DNA from: Carcharhinus amblyrhynchos
Lineage: Eukaryota
Length of the DNA stretch: 64,000 nt
Direction of reading: 5' to 3'
NCBI GenBank assembly: GCA_965287045.1
Contig: OZ336879.1
Span: 74,834,001 to 74,898,000, forward strand
Shown here: positions 37,930 to 52,255 of the stretch, in pieces
Layout of the letters: each line of letters starts with the position of its first letter
How positions within the stretch are numbered: the stretch's first letter is position 1
Translations under genes and position numbers: made by a program
The notes under the pieces: model-generated
Told to the model about the DNA's origin: nothing
The model's input: the letters and a program-made list of their open reading frames with translations, nothing else
Databases searched by the model: none

Positions 37930-38600
37930 AATAAAAGCAAAACGTTGTGGATATTGGAGAAATAAAATATGAAATAAAATCGGAAAGTGTTGGAAAAACT
38001 CAGCAGTTTTTTTTTATTTGATCACAGCATTTATTGCCAGTCCTTTACTGTCGTCGAGAAGGTGGGGGTGAGCTGCCTTTTTAAATGGCTGAGTGCAGGT
38101 GGTACAGGTAGATCCACAGCCGTCAGGGAGGGAGTTCCAGGATTTTAAGCCATCAACATTGACGGAATAGCTATGCAGTAAGCATGGTGTGTGGGGCTTG
38201 GAGGGGAACTTGCAGATGATGGAGTTTCCATACATCAGCTGCCTTTGTCCTTCTAATGCAGAGGTTGTCAGTTTGGAAGATGCTATTGAAGGAATCTTGG
38301 TGAGCTGCAGTGCATCTTGCAGACTGTACCCATTGCTGCCGCTATGTATCAGTCTGGCCGCATCTGGAAAGAGTGAAACAGCGTTTTGAGTCCATTATCA
38401 TAGAATGTCCACAGTGCAGGGGGACATTCGGCCCATCAAATCTGCACTGACTACAATCCCAACCCATCCCTATTCCCGTAACCTCTGCTAATCCACCCCC
38501 CATCCCCCTTAAGACTATATTTCTCTCTACACTTGCTGTCAGACCTGCTGAGGTTTCCCAGTATTTTCTGTTTTTTTATTACGTGCATCTGCATTTTTCC
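37930..38600. mobile_element. Palindromic Penelope-associated repeat with inserted LINE 3' end (38010-38350, minus) and SINE tail
   Basis: Arms ggaaaaactcagcag / tctggccgcatctgg and ctgtcagacctgctgag flank LINE 3' sequence. Confidence 0.55.
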
Positions 38601-38879
38601 TCTGGCAGTAGTAGAGGATGGCCAAGGCACAGAATGTACACTGCATTCCCGGGTAGCCCGGAAGCAGGAAGACACAGTCTTTGCTCAGACACTTGAGGCC
38701 CCCTGCGACCAGTGAGAAGCTGGGGGGCGATAGGTTGATTGAAACAGGTAGAAAAAGCTTGAAATTTAAATTGTTTCCTTTGCCTTGTTTTAATGTTTCG
38801 GGTTTTATTCGGGTAGCTATTTTTACTCTAAAATAGCACTCACTTTAGTTGTAACATCATGTGACAATTTGGATAACCC

Positions 38880-39473
<594 letters not shown>

Positions 39474-40259
39474 TAGGTACAGGTTCTGAGAGCATGTAGG
39501 CCACGCTGGTCATTCTTCATACTGGTTATTGTATGGTTTTTAGTTGGCGAAGGAGTGACGCTGTGTTTTCTTTTTGCCAATTACTTTATCGTACTGTTTG
39601 CTCTTTTGAAGTGAAGTCTGTTGCTTGGCTAGTGCAGCTTGTCGAGTCTCTGCGATTTCATAAGGGAAGAAACAATTAAGTAAAATAACATTTTTGTGTT
39701 AATTTTTATTTGGAACGACCTTTTGTTTGGAAAGGTGTCGTTACACCAGTCGGGGGTAAAACCTATGAACTCACGCTTACGTCATATTCATGTTCGAATT
39801 TACTGTTTTGTTATGGCAAACTAAATTAGTCTGGAAGATCAAATAGAGAATTAATACTGATCAGTGTTTCTGTTCAACTGGAAAACATTGAAGATTAATG
39901 GACCCATTTAAATATAATTGAGCTTTATTCATTACATGTTTTCAGATTTGGATGTTTATTGAATGGTTTTAAGACCATCCATATATTTGTGATGTAATTA
40001 TAATTAATATCTTTCATAATATCATTGATAATACCAACGTGTGGTGTGTATAGTACAAAAATAACTCCTTCTAATTCTTAAATGATTCAAAGAAGTAAAA
40101 GGAAACATTTTTCAAATTGTCTTCAGCAGTATTAGTAATTTTGCATGACGTTCAGTCTAGTTTCACATGATTACAATGAAATTAATGTTGTGACCTTGGC
40201 AATTACCTGTGTAGCGGAAGTGTTTTTCTTTAAAATGAGCCACTGTCTAAGTGGGGGAT

Positions 40260-41570
40260 ACAAACATACAAATTAGGAACAGAGGTAGGCTATTCAACTC
40301 GGTTCTGCCCTGCCATTTGATAACATCATGGTTCATCTGACTGGAGCCTCTGCTTCTTTGTCTACTCCTATACCCTTTTGACTCCCTCTTCAGTCAAGAA
40401 TCTAACGAACCCAGCCTTAAAAATATTCAATGATCGTGCCTCCACTCTTTGGGGAAGAGTGTTCCATAGACTTATGAAAAAATGATGATCCTCTGTTTCT
40501 TAAATGGGAAACTCTTTACTTTTAAACTGTTCGAGTCTGTGCCACAAGAGGATCATCCTTTCACTTTGCTCCTCATCAAGTCCCTTCGGGATCTTCAAAA
40601 GAATGAGAGGTTATCTTTTTGAAACATAACTCAAATGGATGTAGACCTAACCTTTCCTCATAAGATAGTCCCTTTATCTCAGGAATCAGTCAAATAAATC
40701 TTCTTTGCACTGCCAATACAATCAGATCTTTTAAATAAAGAGAGCAGAGCTGTACACTGCTTGAGATCTGGTCTCACCAGTGCCCTGTACAACTGCAGCA
40801 AAATGTCCTTACTTAAACGTTCCATTCCTCTTGCATTTGACAATTTGTTTCCAAATCACTTCCTTTACCTGCATACTAATGTTGTGATTCATGTACTGGG
40901 GCATCCAGATCTCTCTGTATCTCAAGAGTTCTACAATCCGTTTCCATTTTAAGTAACATACTGCTTTTCTTTTCTCCCTGCCAAAGTGGGCAAGTTTACA
41001 TTAAACTCCATCTGTCAAATTTTTGACCACTCGCTTGATCTATTCAAATCCCTTTTCAAGACCTTTATGACCTCTTCACAATGTAGTCTCCTGCTTATCT
41101 TTGTGTCATCAGTAAATTTAGCAACCGTACGTTCGTTCCTTTCATCCAAGTCATTGGGTTAGATTGTAAATAGTTGAGGCACCAATACTGATCCATGTGG
41201 CACTCATTTTTGTAAATGCAAAAATGATCTATTTATGCCTATTCTGTTTCCTGTTACCTAACCAGTCCTCTAACCATGCCACTAATTTATCCCCTACACA
41301 AGAGTTTTTATTTTGCATAGTAACCTTTGCTGTGGCACTTTATCAAATGCTTTCTAGAAATCCTAGTATAGCACATTCATGGGTTCCCCATCATCCATAT
41401 TGTTTGTTACTTCCTCAAAGAGCTCTTAATAAATTAGCGAAACGTGATTCATTTTTCACAAAGCTCTGTTTGATTGCATTAAGATTTTCTAAGTGGCCAG
41501 CCGAAACTTCTTCAATAATAGATTCCAGCATTTTTCCTATGACAGATGTTAGGCTAACTAAACTATAGCT
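40260..41570 (-). mobile_element. Old CR1 LINE RT to 3' end (CDK8 intron 1)
   Basis: Reverse-complement CR1 3' UTR at 40260-40330; ggtctcaccagtgccctgtac and tcatcagtaaattt (FTDD). Confidence 0.8.
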
Positions 41571-41704
41571 GTTTAACAATTTGGTTGTTTGATATTGTCT
41601 GCATCATAGTAATTTGATGAAAAAAAATTATCTTTTTAGTGTTCAGCTAATCATTTCTTTTTGTTGGTCAGTTTCTGGGATCAGTGCTTGCTTTTCAGTT
41701 TTCC

Positions 41705-43090
41705 ATAGATGCTTACTTTTGATCAGTAAAGGAATTAAGGGTTTTGGTGAGCGGTCAGGTAAGTGGAACTGAGTCCATGAAAAGATCAGCCATGACCTCA
41801 TTGAATGGCGGAGCAGGCTCGAGAGCCCAACTGGCCTACTCCTGCTCCTAGGTCTGATGTTCTAAGGTCTAGTGCATTAATCATAAAACCTTCTGATCGC
41901 TTGCCCAACTAGCTATTCTACAAGTGTGGAAGATGTTACAAAGTTTGATCATTCACACAGGATTAGCGATAGAGTCATTATTTGTACAGCAGAATAGAGA
42001 AGCTTATCTTATTTCAGCCCTTCCATTGGGTTCTTGGTGTGATTTTTCACTTGGTACCTGAGTTGAGATTTGCTAACACAGCATGGAGTGAGGATTGAAC
42101 CTGGGACCTTCACACCTACTGAATTCAGTAATATTGCAATCATAAATTTATCCTCTTTTTAATTATTGAGGGGGCTTCATTACCTTTTTTATTTAACAAT
42201 TTTCTTTTATTCTAGTTGTGCCTCAAGCAAATTTGCAACTTTAGCGGTAGCAGCTATCATCATAAAATTGGGTTAGTTAAATTAATTAACTTGCAAATGA
42301 ATATGTTCCTCAACTTGCATATTTTCACGTAAGAGAGTGTCAGTGTTGATAATGTGGTTATTCACTTTTTAATGGTGAGGATAAAAAAGAACATTTTTTA
42401 AAAAGGTGTGAAACTTGTAAATGTTGATGTTCAGAGAGAATTGGATACGCTTGTACATGAAATACAAAGTTAGCTTGCAACTAAAGCAAGCAATTAGGAA
42501 GGCAAATGGCATGTTGGCTTTAACTGCAAAGGGATTGGAATACATGTATCGAAGAAGTCTTGCTACAGTTATACAGGACTTTGGAGAGAACACTTCTGGA
42601 ATACCACGTGCAGTTTGTCTCCATAGCTCAGAATATGCTTGAATCGGAGGCAGCATAGTGAAGGTTTACTAGATTTGTTTCTAGGATGGGAAGTTTATTC
42701 TATTATGAGAGGCTGAGTAAATTTGTGCCTGTATACTCTCTGGCATTTCGAAGAATAAGAGGTGATCTCATTGAAATGGACAAGATTCTGAATGGGCTTG
42801 ACAGGGTAGAAGTGGAAAAGTTGTCCCCCCTGCCTGAGAAACCAAGAACACGGCTACCACAATCTCAGGATAAGAGGCAAATTATTAATGACTGAAATCA
42901 GGAGAAATGTCTTCACTCAAAGGATTGTGAATCTTTGGACTTTTCCATCCAAGAGGCTTGTGTGTGCTCTGTGATTGAATATATTGAAGGCTGTGGTGTT
43001 TCAAATGGCTGAAGTTCAAGATCAAGCATGATTGTATTGAATGACAGTTGGGTTGATAGGTAATACGGTCTAGTCCTATTTTTGATCTTA
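41705..43090 (+). mobile_element. CR1 3' fragments (41705-41865 and 42350-43090)
   Basis: AIRKANGMLA, RRIRGDLIE and CR1 3' UTR. Confidence 0.75.
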
Positions 43091-44759
43091 TAAGCTGCAG
43101 TGAAAATGGAGAAATGCATACTCTACAAGACCTGTTTTAATATGTTAGCAAATCATGAACATCATAGTCCTAAACATCTGAAAACAGTTCACATGGTTGC
43201 CATCCTGTAATATATATATTTTCAGCATTATAGATCTTAAAGTAAAGGCTCTTTGAGTAATCATAATTCTCCTCATCTTTAAGTCAGCTCCAAATATATA
43301 ACTTAGTTGCAACTGATCCTACTTACGGATATGATTGTGTTAATATATGCACTGCATGATGTGAAAATGTCTGCAGATTTGCGCAATGCTTCTTTGAAGT
43401 TGGATCGTCTCTGTGAAAATATTTCACGTGAATCAAAGTTGTGGATTCAGGCCCTGCTGTAGAAGTCAGGTCTGCAATCTAAGTATGTGATGGGCAACCT
43501 AGGCTAGTGAGTGGGCTGCACGAGTGGCCTTCCTTTATCTCAGTGAACCACAAGGTTGAAATCCACCAGGTTCAATGGCTGTGACCACATGAATAAGATT
43601 ACATACATTTAATCCTTTAATACACACATTATGGAAAATGCTAAGTAATCCATACATTAATAAAACTGTCAATTCGAAATGGGAAAGAAAATATTTGCAT
43701 TTATATTTATTGCAATTTACTCTGCTTATCAGAACTAATACCAGCTGCAACTGAAAATTATGCATTTCTTAATTATACAGATGTGCTTTCAATATTTTAT
43801 TTATATTTCTTTACCTTTTTAATTAATAAAATCTATTGCTCTCAATAAGCTTTACCACTGCTGTTATATAAACTTAATTTATTGGTAACTAAGGTTTTCT
43901 TCATAAAGTTAAAATATTTAAAGATAAATGAGAAAAATCAACTCATCACTTTGCTCTTGGTCTCTGTCTTTACTGCACCCTTAAATTTCCTGGCTCAGCT
44001 TTTGATCTTGCTCACTCCCATTTGTTTATCACCTGGCTCTGCTCTCGCAAACTCTGCTCTTATTCTCTCAACAAAATATCTCGCAGGCCACAGTCAGTGC
44101 AGGTTGCCTGCCACTGATCTGAGCTGTCACTGTGCAGTGTTGAGGAACTGTTTTTCAAATGAGACATGTTGCTTGCATCTGAAGTCAACTGTGATTGTCG
44201 AAACCTAGGTACTTTTTTCCTTTCTTTAGAATGTTTCCAGATCTTTGAAGGACATGCTCTGGGTGTCTGAGGTCATGTGACCAGTTAAGTCTAACCAAGT
44301 TACAAAATTACAATTAGTGCCTTTTGCAATGGAAGAAGTGGAGTGTCGTGACATAGTCACTAAACATGCTGCAATTCACTGAGATTCTTTTTTGTCTGTC
44401 TGATTTTCTTACAGGAAGCGTAAGATATCGAGACTTGTGGGGAGTTAGAGCATTGTATGCATATCAAGTTTTGATGAGAACAGGAATTGTGATTACCATA
44501 TGTTTGTGTCTTGGTCTACCGTTATCTCATATATGAAAGCAATTTTGCATTGTATTTGTGCGATGCTCCAACACTTTTACTGGATTTTTCCCATATATAT
44601 TGACAATTTGATGTATTTCACAGTTTTGCTTGCAATGTACAGATTAGGTGGATGCAGGAGATAACTGCTTTCTCCTCGTTGGCCCTTTGGGCTTTCAAGT
44701 CAATGTGTCTAAGTTTCAAGACTAAAAATTAGAATGACAACCATTTACTGCAAGCAAGG

Positions 44760-45080
44760 CAATATTGCAAAATCAAGGTCCATGAAGTGTTGCCACCAAC
44801 AGAGTTCTATTAAGTGCACCACTTCAAAATCCAGTCCATGACCTTATTGACCGGGTTTGGAGCTAAGGGATGCCATTGTCTAACATGAATTGATTGGAAA
44901 AGGCAGAGTCTTGTCCCGTCCAATCCTGAAGCTGTTAGTGTCTGTGTGTAAGAAGTACGAGACTGTGTAAACTTGTCAAGGATGCTGAGAAGGGGGAACA
45001 TTTGCCAAAGGTCAGGTCTATACACATATTCAAACACTGACATAAGATCAGTCCTAGGCCATGTGTATAGCAAGTGTTGA
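44760..45080 (-). mobile_element. Degenerate RTE-like LINE RT fragment
   Basis: FQSIHVRQWHPLAP...VMDWIL resembles the RT motif GVRQGCxLAP...VMDWIL. Confidence 0.4.
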
Positions 45081-47079
45081 TGCTCTTTGTCTCGTCAGTG
45101 CAAGCAGATTGTGTGTTCAAATCCAATTGTTGATGTTGTTTCTGCTCATTGGGCATTGAGTCTTTTTAATATTTCAAATCAGCTATTTTGTTAAGATAAT
45201 TTCACTTTAATTTCTCATTTGACCTTGGTTGTCAAGATTCAAATTGCTTGTATGTTTGCATAAATGAACTTGAATTGAAAATCTTTTTCCAAAGGAATAA
45301 GACTTCACACTTGCAAAATGACTTTATCAAAGCCAAAGAGGTTGTTCAACATTTGTAGCAGGAATAGTATGTAAAACGTTCAAAAATCACTTACATTTTT
45401 TCATTGCATTGATTGTATCTGCAAAGATTGCAACTATGCATCAATGGAAAAGGAGGTTATCAAAATAACTTATAACAGATTTTGCTATGCATTTGTGGAC
45501 ACGACAAGTTACTGCCATTTGCCAACTTGTGATGTTGAAACTGTTAACGCTCATTGATGTTTCACCATCATAAATTTTACAACAGAGAGGAGGTCCACTA
45601 TCCCAGTTGCGTTGTGCTAATTCTATAAAACGGATATCTACTTCATTTCATTTCCTTTCCACACCAGGCATACATTTTCTGTTTCAGTATTTATCTACTT
45701 TCTTTTTAAAAGATTGGTCAAAACTGAATCTTAGTTTGATTTGTCATTCCATGCCCAAATGACCTAACCACTTATTGTATACACTTTTTTAACCTCTCCT
45801 CCCTTGTTTTGTTCATCATCAGTAGTTTGAGATGTATCTTCTTCTCAAGTGTGAAAAACCTAGTCTCTTTGATTCATCATTCAGATTTTGCTGTACCCAA
45901 TCCTTGAATGTCTTCCTTGTGCCTAGGTAACTAGTGTCCAGCATTATCGAAGGTGTGGTCTGACTAAAACAGTACATGCTATGGTTATAACTTCCTTTGA
46001 TTTGAATTATAATCATTTTCAACATTGTATTGGCTTAGTTGACGGGTACTCTAAACAGACTGTTTCCATTCCACTGCTTCTGCTTACCTGGTACCATCTA
46101 TAAACTTAACCAATTCTGCTTTGAATTTCTGAATCTACATCTTTGATGCAAATTCGAAATAGTAGTGATTTTAACACTAATCCATTTCAACGTTTCTCCC
46201 CATCCTGATACAGATCCTCTAATACCTATTGCTTTTTGCGCTTCAGTTACTTTCTTATTTGTTCCTGAAATTTTGCATAACTGCTGATTTGAAAATTTGC
46301 CATGTCTTTCCCATGTCTAGATACAACATGCCATGAGACTTTCTACAGTAGACTTGGCATGTCACTTCCTCAAGGTCAGGGTCATTGTTTTGACAGAAAA
46401 TACTCTTTTTATTGCAAATTGTTCTATGCAAGCAACATTGTTATTGGACAGAAAATGTGCACCACCGTGTCTTGTTTTATTACCTTGAATTCCTCCTTTT
46501 ATTATCAATGCCTCAAATTTTCTTTAATCTTTGTCTCAAGGTGGAAGGCATCAAATAATTTGGGTCTTGGTGGTCAGCTCTGTTAAACATCACCTAGTGT
46601 GACAGAGGTGCTCTATTCTGACATGGCATTTTCTGCTGCAGATGAAAACACTGGGCTGAGATGAAGGTTTGCTGGCTCTGTTTTTTTCTGGGCTCTCTCT
46701 TGTTCAACTGAGCTTTTCATTGCACCTTGCCTCTGCCACTATCTTTCCAGGCAGTCAACCTTCAGAGGCCATGGCTATTGGCGACTGGCTCCAGTTGTGT
46801 TGCGTCAATGTCCACCATCTTCATATCATATCTTTTAGTCAGCCTTTGTAGAATCACCTTTTTTTTTGTTTCTGTGAAGTGTCTTGTGGCTTCTTGCACA
46901 TTTAATGTGCAATATTAATGCAAGACAAATCATAGAATAGTTACAGCACAGAAGTTGTGCTTAGGGGCATTCCAAGTGCATATTTTGCGTAATAGTCAAG
47001 AAGCCTTCTTATGATCAAAGGGAAAGGGCTGAGTTTGTTAGGGCATGACTGGCTCGGCAAAATTCTATTGGTCTGGGGT

Positions 47080-50000
47080 GAGATCAGGCACACAAAGTGA
47101 CCAAAGATATTAAGAAGTATCTGAACTTGTTAAAGGATGAACTAGGTATGTTGCAGGTACCACTGTGAAGTTGTATGTAGATCCTCAGGCCACTACTTGG
47201 CAGCAAAGGTTTGGAATCATTGAGCCCATTCAGTTTTCTTGTTATGCAGCTCCAATCATTCCAATCTTTGAAAATGATGGTGCAGGGCACATACGTGGTG
47301 CCTACAAGCTCACCATTAACCAGGTTTACAAGTTAAATGCTTAGCCTTTTACCTAATGGTGGAAGATTTGTTTCAACCCACTGGAGGCTCGACATTTTTG
47401 CAACTCAGCATGAAATCCCTACAGTGCAGAGGGAGGCTATTTGGCCCATCTGAGAATGTACTGACTTTTCTGAAAGAGCATCTTACCCATGCCCATTACC
47501 CCATATACTTACCATGACTAATTCACCTAACCTAAACATCTTTGTACACTAAGGGGCAATATTGCATGCCAATCCATTTAACCTGCACATCTTTGGACTA
47601 TGGGAGGAAACTGGAGCACCTGAATGAAGCCCACACAGGCATGGGAAGAATGTGCAAACTCCACTAGACTGTCACCCAAGGCCTGAATTGAACCTGGGTC
47701 TCTGGTGCTGTGAGGCAGCAGTGCTACCTACTGTCCACCCCTTTGACATAAGCCAGGCATATTACAGCTCTTGCTGGAGGAAGATTCAAAGCAGTATGTG
47801 ACCATTCAACATGCAGAAAGGGTTGTTTAAATACAGTTGTTTGGTTTTTGGCGTATCCTCCAGTATGATGATCTGTCAAAGGATAATGGGTGACCTGTTG
47901 CAAGGCATTCCTCACATTTGTCTACTTGCATGACATCTTAATTATGAGGAAGTCTGAGGCAGAGCACCTCAGCAATCTGGCTCCAGTCTTTTAAAAAGGT
48001 TTTCAGGGCGAGATTAAGCAAAGCAAGTGCATTTTCCAGGTACAAAGTGTCGAGTATCTTGGCCACAGAATGACTACACAAGGTTCATCTTCTGTGGAGG
48101 GGAAAAACTGAGCCATTGAAGGAAGCTCTGGAGCCTAGGAATGTGTTAGAGCTCAGGTCATTTTTGAGCTTGGTAAACTATGATGGAAAGTTTTTGTCAG
48201 ACATGTTGACAGTGTTGCCTCCACTGTACCAACTGCTGCAAAAAAAAGCCAAATGGAAGTGAGAGTCCACACAGAAGAAGGCTTTCAAGGATGTGAAAGC
48301 GCTGTTGTAATCAGCTAATCAGCTAGCCCATTTTGATCCAGACAGTCTTGTATGATGCTTTGCCCTATGGTGTGGGGATGGTACTTTCTCATTTAATGGA
48401 GTATGGGTCCAAAACACAGATTGGTTTTGCAAATAGGACGCTAAAAAGGGATATTCACAGTTAGATAAAAAGGGTTTAGCTATCGTTTTTGCACCATAAA
48501 GATTCCATCAGTAACTCTGTGGTGGTTCATTGACCTTATTTACCAAACACAAGCTGTTGATGAGTCTTTTCAGTGAGTCAAAATGTATTCTTCAAATGGC
48601 CTCAGCAAGAAGATGCACTGAGTGCTTGCATTGTCAACTTAGCAGTATAATATCATTGTCAGAGCAGGAAAAAACAACATAAATGTGGATGCGTTGTGTT
48701 GTCTCCCTTTTACTGAACTTGTCATCTAAGGTATGGCTGAAGTTGACCTGAGACAATTTTCTTACGAGAGAGACTTGTCCAATCTTGTGAGACTTGAGTA
48801 TTAAGCAGTGGATGGATAGAAATCCTATCCTATCTCAAGTCAAGAGATATCTGATGCAAGGATGGCCAACTATTATTGAAGATGATGAGTTGTGACCTTA
48901 GTTGAAGTATAAGGGTGAGTTAAGTGTGCAGGATGGATGCATATTTGAGGGTCAATAGTGGTCGTGCTGCCCCCTGGTTGTTCACAAGTCATGGATGAAA
49001 TTAATGAGGCTCATCCAGCTTCCTCTAGAATACAAAATCTAGCCAGGTCATATGTTTGGTAGCCGAATATGGATCTGGACTTGAAGAACATAGTCAAGTC
49101 CTATTCCTCTTATCAGATAAACCAGAAAATGGCACCACCAGGGCCACTTCATCCTTGGGAATGGACAGATCATCCATGGTCCAGACTTCATGTGGACTTT
49201 GCAGGATCTTTCAGAAACCGCATGTGGTTGTAGATGTACATTTGAAATGGCTGGAAGCACAAATTTGAGTAATTTTACAGCTTGTGTGACATTTGGGAAG
49301 CTACATCAAATTTTTACAAATCGTGGTTGACCAGTTTTGCTTGTTTCAGATAATGGCATCATGTTTACAAGTGAGTTATTTCAAGAATTCATGCAAAAAA
49401 AGGAATGCGCTGTGTGCATTGTGAGCCATTTCACCCGGCTTCAAATTGTGTAGCAGAGAGCTGTTCAAATTCTTGAAGAGGCTGGCAGGTGATACTTTGA
49501 GAACAAAGCTTTCCACGTTTTTATTCCGGTATCATATTGTGTCACAATCCACAACCAGGCTCTCTATAGTGGAATTGTTACTGTGTAGAACGTCAAAGTT
49601 TCGAGTGAATCTGCTTCATCAAGGTCTCGGAGCAAAAGTGAGCAGGAGACAAGTGAAGCAGAAGGAGGGATTGACTACTGTGCCAAAGACCAGCTGATCA
49701 GATTTACATTGGGTGCTTTGGTAGTAACTAGGAGTGATTACCAGGAATAATGTTAAACCAAAGTGGTCCAATATGTTGGGTAGTGAGACTGCAACATGGA
49801 AGAGTCATTCACAGACACCAGGACCATATTTGTTTGTTATGACTGGAGTCAGCAAAAGTTTGAGTCAACAACCATTGCAGATAACATGACAGAAGGTAAT
49901 GCTGCTGTGGGTGATCACCAGTTCCTGCGGAGGGGCAGTGGAACATTCATGTATAGATTCTCAATCAACCTCTTCTTACCAGTGATATTGCATCGATCAT

Positions 50001-50345
50001 AATGCAACCACAAAGCTCCTGACTGACTTTTGTATGGTTAAGACATTACTTTTGTTGTACTTCTGCCCTGACGGAGGACTGAAATTTAAGGTGGGGGGGT
50101 TGGGGGGAAGCAGTGTTTGAGTATGGAGTGTTCTTGTCAGCCTTTTCTCCAAAGTAATTGTTTTATTGGCATCTGTTAAGGGTTCTGAGCATGTGTGGGT
50201 TTTGGAGGTCTTTTCAATCCACAGAATAGCATTCTGCAAGCAAGTTTTACTGTGCTCCTGTTTCTCATAGTTGTAACTTTCCTGCTGGGTTATTGTTGTA
50301 GTTAAATGTTGCTATTTATATGGAGATCAGTCTTCAAACAACACA
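47080..50345 (+). mobile_element. Degenerate Gypsy element: RT, RNase H, integrase, PPT and 3' LTR (50114-50345)
   Basis: YKLTINQ, DISQAY, YLHDILI, DALPYGVG, integrase HPWEW..PWSRLHVDFAG and SDNG; purine/G-rich tract 50085-50113 followed by TGT...ACA. Confidence 0.85.
47410..47740 (-). mobile_element. HE1-type V-SINE inserted in Gypsy RT
   Basis: aacctgcacatctttggac, tgtgcaaactcca, gaattgaacctgggtc...gtgaggcagcagtgcta. Confidence 0.9.
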
Positions 50346-50544
50346 TTTGATTACTTTATTTGTGGCCTCAAGTTAGCACAGAATTGTACCCTAGTTTCTT
50401 TACCTCCTTGTAGCTCTTCCCAAAACGTATCACCACATGCTTGTCTCCAATAAATTTTACCGATCACTTCAGCCTATTCTGTTACTTAACGTCTATCACT
50501 GTCTTCCTCACAGTTCGTAATACTTCCAAATCATGTATGATCCT

Positions 50545-51650
50545 CAACATTTTAAGGCCCTAAACACACTTTTCAAGTTATTTGGTCCATTGTATGCAAC
50601 TCCTGGTGTGGTCCCCTTTACACTGGGGAGACTAAATCCAGACAAATGTGAGCTAATGCATTTTGGAAGGTCTAATATAGATAGAAAGTAGACAGTAAAT
50701 GGCAGAACCCTCAGGAGTATTGATAGGTGAAGGGATCTGGGTGTACAGGTATACAGGTCACTGAAAGTGGCAACACAGGTGGAGAAGGTAGTCAAGAAGG
50801 CATACAGCATGCTTGCCTTCGTTGGCGTTGAGTTTAAAAATTGGCAAGTCGTGTTGCAGCTTTATAGAACCTTAATTAGGCCGCACTTGGAATGTAGTGT
50901 TCAATTCTGGTCACGGCACTACCAGAAGGATGTGGAATGGAGCCTTTGGGGAGGTACAGAAAAGATTTGCCAGGATGTTGCCTGGTATGGAGGGCATTTA
51001 GCTATGAGGAGAGGTTGGAGAGACTTGGTTTGTTCTCATTGGAATGACGGAGGTTGAGGGGCGACCTGATAGAAGTCTACAAGATTATGAGAGACATGGG
51101 CAGACTGGATAATCAGAAGCTTTTCCCCAGGGTAGACGAGAGGGCACAGGTTTAAGGTGTGCAGGGCAAGGTTTAAAGGAGATGTACGAGGCAGATTTTT
51201 TTACACAGTAGTGGGTGTCTGGAACTCGGTGCCGGGGGAGGTAGTGGAAGCAGACAAGATAGTGACTTTTAAGGGGTGTCTTGACAAATAAATGAATAAG
51301 ACGGGAATGTAGGGATATGGTCCCTGGAAGGATAGGGGTTTTAGTTAAGTCAGGCAGCATGGTCGGTGCAGGCTTGGAGGGCTGAAGGGACTGTTCGTGT
51401 GCTGTAATTTTCTTTGTTCTTTAAACACAGACTGGATGATTGCTTTGTGGAACACCTTCATTCAGTATGCAGGCATGACCCCAAACTTCGTGTTGCTTAC
51501 CATTTCCTTTCAGTACCTTGGTCTCATGTCCTTGGTCTGCTGCATTGCTCCGGTGAAACCTGTGCAAGCTGGAGGAGCAGCATCTTATCTTCCAGTTGGT
51601 CATGTTACGGCCCTTGGGATTCAACACTGAGTTCAACAACTTTAGACTGT
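50545..51650 (+). mobile_element. Penelope GIY-YIG fragment interrupted by CR1
   Basis: ...WCGPLYTGETK before the CR1 and HRLDDCFVEHLHSVC after it. Confidence 0.65.
50633..51421 (+). mobile_element. 5'-truncated CR1 LINE (same family as 17310-18102)
   Basis: VKKAYSMLAF, LIRPHLECSVQFWS; same style of 3' UTR. Confidence 0.9.
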
Positions 51651-52255
51651 GATCTCTTTCCTCATCTTAAACCCTCATTATGCTCCCATTTTACAAAGTT
51701 GTTTGTGCCTTCCTCCATTTTGTCACATTTCTTCTTGTATTAACTATACCTTCCAGTTCGATGGTGTCTTTTAAAATTCTCCTCCTGATTCCTGAGTCTA
51801 GATTATTTATGTAAATTGTGAACTACAATGTCCCAGCAACCTTGGTGGAGTTTGAGTAACTGACCTGCGTAATTGTCTCTTTGCAGCCATTTGTTACCTT
51901 GCTGCCAGTTTTCTGCTACTCCAAATGTAGCCTTGGTCGTGAACTTGATCAAAAGTCTGTTGAAAACTAAAATATGGTATGTGCATTACATTACCCTACT
52001 CAACTCTTTGTCTTCCTTCAAAACATTCAGCAGGTTGATTCTTTCTGTCTGAAATCAGCACTGGCCATATTGTATTTTCAGTTTCTTGGTAATAATTCTC
52101 ACATATCTTTGGGTAAGGATTCTATTATCTGACGCTGCCACTGGTATTAACTTAATTGATCTGCGGATCCCTGCCTTGTTATCATTTTTGAAGATAAGAA
52201 TCAGTTAGTTGTCCGCAAGTCATCTGGCACCATTCACTTTTCCAAAAACATTTTC

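Noticed and set aside
50085-50113. G-rich tract as a stand-alone G-quadruplex regulatory element
   Set aside because: Explained as the polypurine tract preceding the Gypsy 3' LTR.
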